Source: an uncultured Actinomycetes bacterium
GTDB lineage: Bacteria; Actinomycetota; Actinomycetes; S36-B12; CAIYMF01
Reading direction: 5' to 3'
Length of the DNA stretch: 32,000 nt
Assembly (NCBI GenBank): GCA_963843975.1
Contig: CAWJMG010000001.1
Span: 690,001-722,000 of the forward strand
Numbering within the stretch: the stretch's first letter is position 1; every line of letters starts with the position of its first letter. Under the pieces are notes generated by a model. The model saw only the letters and a list, made by a program, of their open reading frames with translations. It was not told the origin of the DNA and searched no databases. This document shows positions 27,671 to 32,000 of this stretch, piece after piece. The position numbers and the translations under genes are program-made.

Positions 27671-27716
27671 TTGACCGCTGAGGGCCGTCGTGCCTAGGAT
27701 TGGAAACGTTTATAGC
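27671..27716 (+). promoter_or_regulatory. candidate promoter plus AAACGTTT operator upstream of the first aldehyde dehydrogenase
   Basis: TTGACC (27671-27676)-18 nt-TAGGAT (27695-27700), followed directly by TGGAAACGTTTATAG. Its core AAACGTTT (27704-27711) is a perfect LacI-type CG-centred palindrome. Confidence 0.5.
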
Positions 27717-27765
27717 GTGCTGTCGACTCCGACATGCGCCGCCGCTGGTGGAAGGGACGTCGACC

Positions 27766-29194
27766 ATGCCGAACGCCACGAAGTTCTACATCGATGGAGC
27801 ATGGGTCGACCCCATCTCGTCACGCACCCTCGAGGTGATCGATCCCAGCACCGAGAAGCCGGTCGCCACCGTCGCCCTGGCCGATCAGGCCGACGTCGAC
27901 CGCGCCGTCGCGGCGGCCAAGCGTGCCTTCGAGTCGTTCTCGCAGACCTCGGTCGCCGACCGCATCGCGCTGCTGGAACGCATCCTCGTCGAGTACCAGA
28001 AGCGGGCCGGCGACCTGGCCGAGGCGCTGATGTCCGAGATGGGGTCCCCGCGGGACCTCGCCGAGAACGCCCATGTCCCGTGCGGCACAGGGCAGTTCGC
28101 CGTAGCCCTCGATGCGTTGCGGACATTCGAGTTCGAGGAGAAGGTCGGCACCTCCTCGGTGGTCTACGAGCCGATCGGTGTCGTCGGCCTCATCACCCCC
28201 TGGAACTGGCCGATGCTGCTCATCGCGTCGAAGGTCGCCCCGGCACTCGCGGCCGGTTGCACCATGGTGCTGAAGCCCTCGGAGCTTCGCCCCGCTCAAC
28301 GCCGTCATCTTCGCCGAGATCCTCGACGCCGCAGGCGTTCCGGCCGGTGTCTTCAACCTCGTCAACGGTGACGGGCTGGGAGCAGGCGTCGCGCTCTCGA
28401 GCCACCCGGACGTCGACATGGTGTCGTTCACCGGCTCGACGCGGGCAGGCATCGAGGTCGCCAAGAACGCCGCACCGACGGTCAAGCGCGTGCACCAGGA
28501 GCTCGGCGGGAAGTCCGCCAACATCCTGCTCGACGACGCCGACCTCGCGGTCGCCATCCCGCGCGACCTCAGGGACGTCTACGCCAACTCGGGCCAGTCG
28601 TGCAACGCCGGGTCGCGTTTCCTCGTGCCCTCCGACCGCCTCGCGGACGCCATCCAGATCGCAGCGGAGGCCGCTGACTCCACCATCGTCGGCGAGCCGG
28701 ACGTCCCCGGCACCCAGCTGGGGCCGCTCGTGTCCCAGGCGGGCTACGACAAGGTGCAGCGTCTGATCCAGTCCGCGATCGACGAGGGCGCGACCGTCGT
28801 CGCCGGCGGTCTCGGCCGCCCGGCCGGGCTCGAGCACGGCTACTTCGTGCGACCCACGGTCATCGCCGGTGTCACCAACGACATGGCGATCGCCAAGGAG
28901 GAGATCTTCGGGCCGGTCATCACCATCTCGACGTACGACGGCGAGGACGACGCCGTCGCCAAGGCCAACGACACGGTCTACGGCCTCTCGGGCTTCGTCT
29001 CCTCCGCAGACACTGAGCGCGCCCGTCGGGTGGCCCGGCGGCTGCGCACGGGAATGGTTCACATCAACGGCGCCGGGCTCGACTTCAACGCACCGTTCGG
29101 CGGGTACAAGCAGTCCGGCAACGGACGGGAGTACGCCGTGTTCGGGATCCGGGAGTTCCTGGAGGCCAAGGCAGTGTTCGGCGACAACGTCTAG
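27766..29194 (+). pseudogene. NAD(P)-dependent aldehyde dehydrogenase, one apparent 1-nt insertion
   Basis: MPNATKFYIDGAWVDP...GLITPWNWPMLLIASKVAPALAAGCTMVLKPSEL | APLNAVIFAEILDAAGVPAGVFNLVNGDG...ELGGKSANILLDDADL...NSGQSCNAGSRFLV...EEIFGPV. The frame switch is near 28287. The corrected length is 475 aa. Confidence 0.85.
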
Positions 29195-29207
29195 GCCTGA
29201 CGTACGC

Positions 29208-29912
29208 ATGCCGAGCCCGGAGCGGGACGTGCCGCATCCTGCGGTGCTGCTGGTCCCGGTCAGGGCTCTCGCCCTGGCGAAGTCACGGCTTCGGGGCGCC
29301 CACACCGATCACGACCGTCTGGTGCTGGCGCTCCTCCACGACACCGTGTCGGCTGCGTCGGCGGCTGCGAGCGTGGTTCGCGTGCTGGTGGTGTCCGACG
29401 ACGCCCGCGCCATCGGACTCGCCCGGCAGATCGGGGCCGGCGCCTGCTCCCCGGCGACGGGCAGCCTCAACGGTGACCTGCGGGTGGCGGCCGACCTGGT
29501 CCGGCGACGGTTCGCCCAGGCGACGATCGCAGCACTCCCGGCAGACCTCCCTGCACTCCGTACCCATGAGCTCGCGGCGGCTCTCGACTCCGCCGGTGGG
29601 CGGCGCGGCTTCGTTCCCGACCGGGAGGGATCGGGCACGACCCTGCTCCTGTCCGGACACGGCCTTCCCCTGGACCCGAGGTACGGCCGCGCCTCGGGCA
29701 CCCGACATGCAGAGAGCGGCGCGCTCCGGCTCGTCGGGCCATGGCCGTCGCTCGCGCACGACGTGGACACGGCAACGGATCTCGCGGGCGCCGCCGCACT
29801 GGGACTCGGGCGACGAACCGGGGCACTCATGAGCAAGCATAGGAATCCACGCACCACCCCTCCCCACCCCATGAGAGCGAGCGCAGGACATGACGACGCA
29901 CGGTCGGCGTGA
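29208..29912 (+). CDS. fbiD: 2-phospho-L-lactate/phosphoenolpyruvate guanylyltransferase (F420 biosynthesis, CofC/FbiD)
   Basis: Internal ATG of ORF 28869..29912. The N-terminus VLLVPVRALALAKSRL is typical of the family. Also seen: LALLHDTV, ALPADLPALRTHEL, FVPDREGSGTTLL, DVDTATDLAGAAALGLG. The start is uncertain (GTG 29226 is an alternative). Confidence 0.7.
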   Translation: MPSPERDVPHPAVLLVPVRALALAKSRLRGAHTDHDRLVLALLHDTVSAASAAASVVRVLVVSDDARAIGLARQIGAGACSPATGSLNGDLRVAADLVRRRFAQATIAALPADLPALRTHELAAALDSAGGRRGFVPDREGSGTTLLLSGHGLPLDPRYGRASGTRHAESGALRLVGPWPSLAHDVDTATDLAGAAALGLGRRTGALMSKHRNPRTTPPHPMRASAGHDDARSA

Positions 29913-31365
29913 GTCCATCGGTCCGGACGACGTGCACCCGAACCTGATCGGTGGTGCGTGGGTCGAGGGCACGGACGTCAACGAGAACGTCAACCCGTCG
30001 GACACGAGCGACGTCGTCGGCAGTTACACCCTCGCCAGTGGCGACCAGGCGCGGACGGCGTTCGTAGCGGCACGTGCGGCCGCACCGGGATGGGCCGATG
30101 CCTCTCCGCTGCTGCGGTTCGAGGTCCTCGACAACGCCGGCAGCGAGATCATCCGCCGCAAGGACGAGCTCGGCGACCTGCTCGCGCGCGAGGAGGGCAA
30201 GACCCTGCCCGAGGCGGTCGGCGAGGTCGTGCGCGCCGCCCACATCCTGAAGTTCCACGCCGGTCAGGCGCTGCGGCCCGCCGGGCAGCTGCTCGACTCG
30301 ATCCGCCCGGGTCTCGAGGTCGCCGTCACCCGCGAGCCCGTCGGCGTCGTCTCGATCATCACGCCCTGGAACTTCCCCATCGCCATCCCCGCATGGAAGA
30401 TCGCGCCCGCCCTCGCCTACGGCAACGCCGTGGTCTTCAAGCCCGCCGAGCTCGTGCCCGGCAGCGCCTGGGAGCTCGTGCGGATCCTGCACGAGGCAGG
30501 CCTGCCCGACGGCGTCCTCAACCTCGTGATGGGTCGCGGCCGCGACATCGGCGACATCCTCACCAGCAGCGCCGACGCCGTCTCCTTCACCGGCTCGGTG
30601 CAGACCGGCGAACGCGTTCTCGCCTCCGCACAGGGCTCACGCGCTCGCGTCCAGCTGGAGATGGGCGGCAAGAACCCGCTCGTCGTCCTCGACGACGCCG
30701 ACCTCGGCATCGCGGTCGACTGCGCGCTGCAGGGTGCCTACGGGTCGACCGGTCAGCGCTGCACGGCGTCGTCGCGCTTCGTCGTCACCGCCGGCGTCCA
30801 CGACCAGTTCGTCGACCGGCTCACCGAGCGCATGCTCGCTCTGCAGGTCGGCGACGCCCGAGCGGCCGGCACGCAGATGGGTCCCGTCGTCGATGCCTCC
30901 CAGCTCGCGCAGGACGAGAAGTACGTCGACATCGCGCGCGGCGAATCGGGCACCGTGATCGGCGGGCGCCGCCTCGAGCGCGGCACCGACGGGTTCTACC
31001 TCGAGCCCGCCCTCGTCGTCGACACGAGTCCGGAGGACACGATCAACCGCGACGAGGTCTTCGGCCCCGTCGCCTCGGTCGTGAAGGTCGCGTCGTACGA
31101 CGAGGCCCTCGCCGTCGCCAACGGCACCGAGTTCGGCCTCACCTCCGGGATCGTCACCACGTCGCTCGCAGCGGCCACCGACTTCCGACGCCGCTCCACC
31201 GCGGGCATGGTCATGGTCAACGTGCCCACGGCGGGCGTCGACTTCCACGTGCCCTTCGGCGGGCGTCAGGCCTCGTCGTACGGCCCGCGCGAGCAGGGCG
31301 AGCAGGCCCGCGAGTTCTTCACCACCGTGAAGACGTCGTACATCGCCGCCGGCCGACCCAGCTGA
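29890..31365 (+). CDS. NAD(P)-dependent aldehyde dehydrogenase (2,5-dioxovalerate/KGSADH-like subgroup, tentative)
   Basis: An intact 491-aa ORF. Motifs: SIITPWNFPIAIPAWKIAPALAYGNAVVFKPAE, LEMGGKNPLVVLDDADL, STGQRCTASSRFVV, DEVFGPV. Confidence 0.9.
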   Translation: MTTHGRRESIGPDDVHPNLIGGAWVEGTDVNENVNPSDTSDVVGSYTLASGDQARTAFVAARAAAPGWADASPLLRFEVLDNAGSEIIRRKDELGDLLAREEGKTLPEAVGEVVRAAHILKFHAGQALRPAGQLLDSIRPGLEVAVTREPVGVVSIITPWNFPIAIPAWKIAPALAYGNAVVFKPAELVPGSAWELVRILHEAGLPDGVLNLVMGRGRDIGDILTSSADAVSFTGSVQTGERVLASAQGSRARVQLEMGGKNPLVVLDDADLGIAVDCALQGAYGSTGQRCTASSRFVVTAGVHDQFVDRLTERMLALQVGDARAAGTQMGPVVDASQLAQDEKYVDIARGESGTVIGGRRLERGTDGFYLEPALVVDTSPEDTINRDEVFGPVASVVKVASYDEALAVANGTEFGLTSGIVTTSLAAATDFRRRSTAGMVMVNVPTAGVDFHVPFGGRQASSYGPREQGEQAREFFTTVKTSYIAAGRPS

Positions 31366-31419
31366 TACGACCGGTCGCACGCCGGTTTCGGCGCGCGGGA
31401 TCCGTGGTTTGGCACTTTC

Positions 31420-31719
31420 ATGGTCGGCATGGTTCTTCTCGCCGCGCTCGGGCTCACGATGGTCGGCCTGCTGGGTGTGCTCATGGTGGCCATGACCCGG
31501 CACCTGCTCGCGCACCCCGACGACGCCGTGCACACGCACGGGGCGGGTTCGTGGAGCGACGGCCTCCCGGCAGAGCGCGCCGGCACCGCCGTGCCCGACT
31601 CCCCTGCCTCGCTCATGGCCGCGAGCGCGCCGTCGCGCTCGGGCTTCGACGTGCCGTTGGACGACATGCCCGCCGAGGTCGTCGCCGAGGCCGCGCGCCG
31701 GGCGCGCGAGGGCAGCTGA
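31420..31719 (+). CDS. small hypothetical membrane protein (99 aa)
   Basis: N-terminal hydrophobic helix MVGMVLLAALGLTMVGLLGVLMVAM, high GC3, and an acidic C-terminal tail. There is no clear SD. Confidence 0.4.
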   Translation: MVGMVLLAALGLTMVGLLGVLMVAMTRHLLAHPDDAVHTHGAGSWSDGLPAERAGTAVPDSPASLMAASAPSRSGFDVPLDDMPAEVVAEAARRAREGS

Positions 31720-31734
31720 CAGCTGCTCTCGCGA

Positions 31735-31974
31735 TCAACCGGCGCGGAGGTGCTCCAGCGCCTCGGCGGCAACGGCGTCGAGGCCCTCGCCGCCGGCGTC
31801 CATCCACTCGGTGAGGTGCAGGCGCATCGACGGCGCCCAGAAGTCGCGCAGGTGGCTCTCGACCATCGCGACCGCCGCATCGTGCGGCTTGTGGTGGGCG
31901 TTGCTGGCGATCTGGTTGGCCATCCGCAGCAGGCTGGCAACCTGGACCGGGTCCGCGTGCACGCCCTCGCTCAC
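31735..31974 (-). CDS. fdsD: formate dehydrogenase delta subunit (FdsD family)
   Basis: 79 aa. LLRMANQIA...HLRDFWAPSMRLHL...DAGGEGLDAVAAEALEHL matches the FdsD pattern as I recall it. The GTG start overlaps the upstream stop (GTGA). Confidence 0.7.
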   Translation of the reverse strand: MSEGVHADPVQVASLLRMANQIASNAHHKPHDAAVAMVESHLRDFWAPSMRLHLTEWMDAGGEGLDAVAAEALEHLRAG

Positions 31975-32000
31975 GACCTGCCTGCCACGGACCGGTGCTC
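31971..32000 (-). CDS. 3' end of an unidentified upstream gene (probably the same formate dehydrogenase operon)
   Basis: The minus-strand frame ...EHRSVAGRS-stop ends with a TGA at 31973-31971, overlapping the fdsD GTG. It is too short to identify. Confidence 0.3.
   Translation of the reverse strand, partial: EHRSVAGRS

Noticed and set aside
29958-31814. 618-aa alternate-frame ORF over the second aldehyde dehydrogenase
   Set aside because: It is extremely Arg/Pro/Gly-rich (RRRR runs). The intact ALDH frame carries all catalytic motifs.

Overview
High-GC (about 70% by eye) actinobacterial chromosomal segment, F420-using lineage, densely coding; most long antisense or alternate-frame ORFs in the track are GC artefacts. 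Gene order:
- 1-3.4 kb: HAD hydrolase (partial), ankyrin protein, beta-lactamase-family serine hydrolase, ATP-grasp protein.
- 3.4-5.7 kb: tRNA-Arg(CCT); a frameshifted TSP3-repeat/pre-toxin-TG polymorphic-toxin-like gene; a convergent small orphan gene.
- 5.9-10.9 kb: a DEAD/DEAH helicase broken by about 7 indels, a membrane GGDEF cyclase, three small hypothetical genes (two coupled by TGATG).
- 11.0-14.1 kb: an IS256-family element and an Amt-family transporter that appears to lack the twin-His motif.
- 14.3-17.3 kb: a protein with six tandem XRE-type HTH domains coupled to fgd, then a SnoaL-like protein.
- 17.3-21.8 kb: a nadV-HAD-prs-nucleoside hydrolase NAD/PRPP salvage cluster.
- 21.9-31.4 kb: an unassigned LacI/DeoR-flanked locus: glpX, ribokinase, cupin, PPOX-like, GATase1-like, two aldehyde dehydrogenases, and fbiD embedded between them.
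- 31.4-32.0 kb: a small membrane ORF and fdsD.

About 15 single-nucleotide indels, mostly insertions, interrupt otherwise well-conserved genes and possibly the tRNA. This looks more like assembly error than decay. No CRISPR array or rRNA was seen.

I found no clearly novel multi-gene system. The best leads are the toxin locus, the six-HTH protein coupled to fgd, the twin-His-less Amt homologue, and recurring AT-rich AAACG-core boxes at several promoters.
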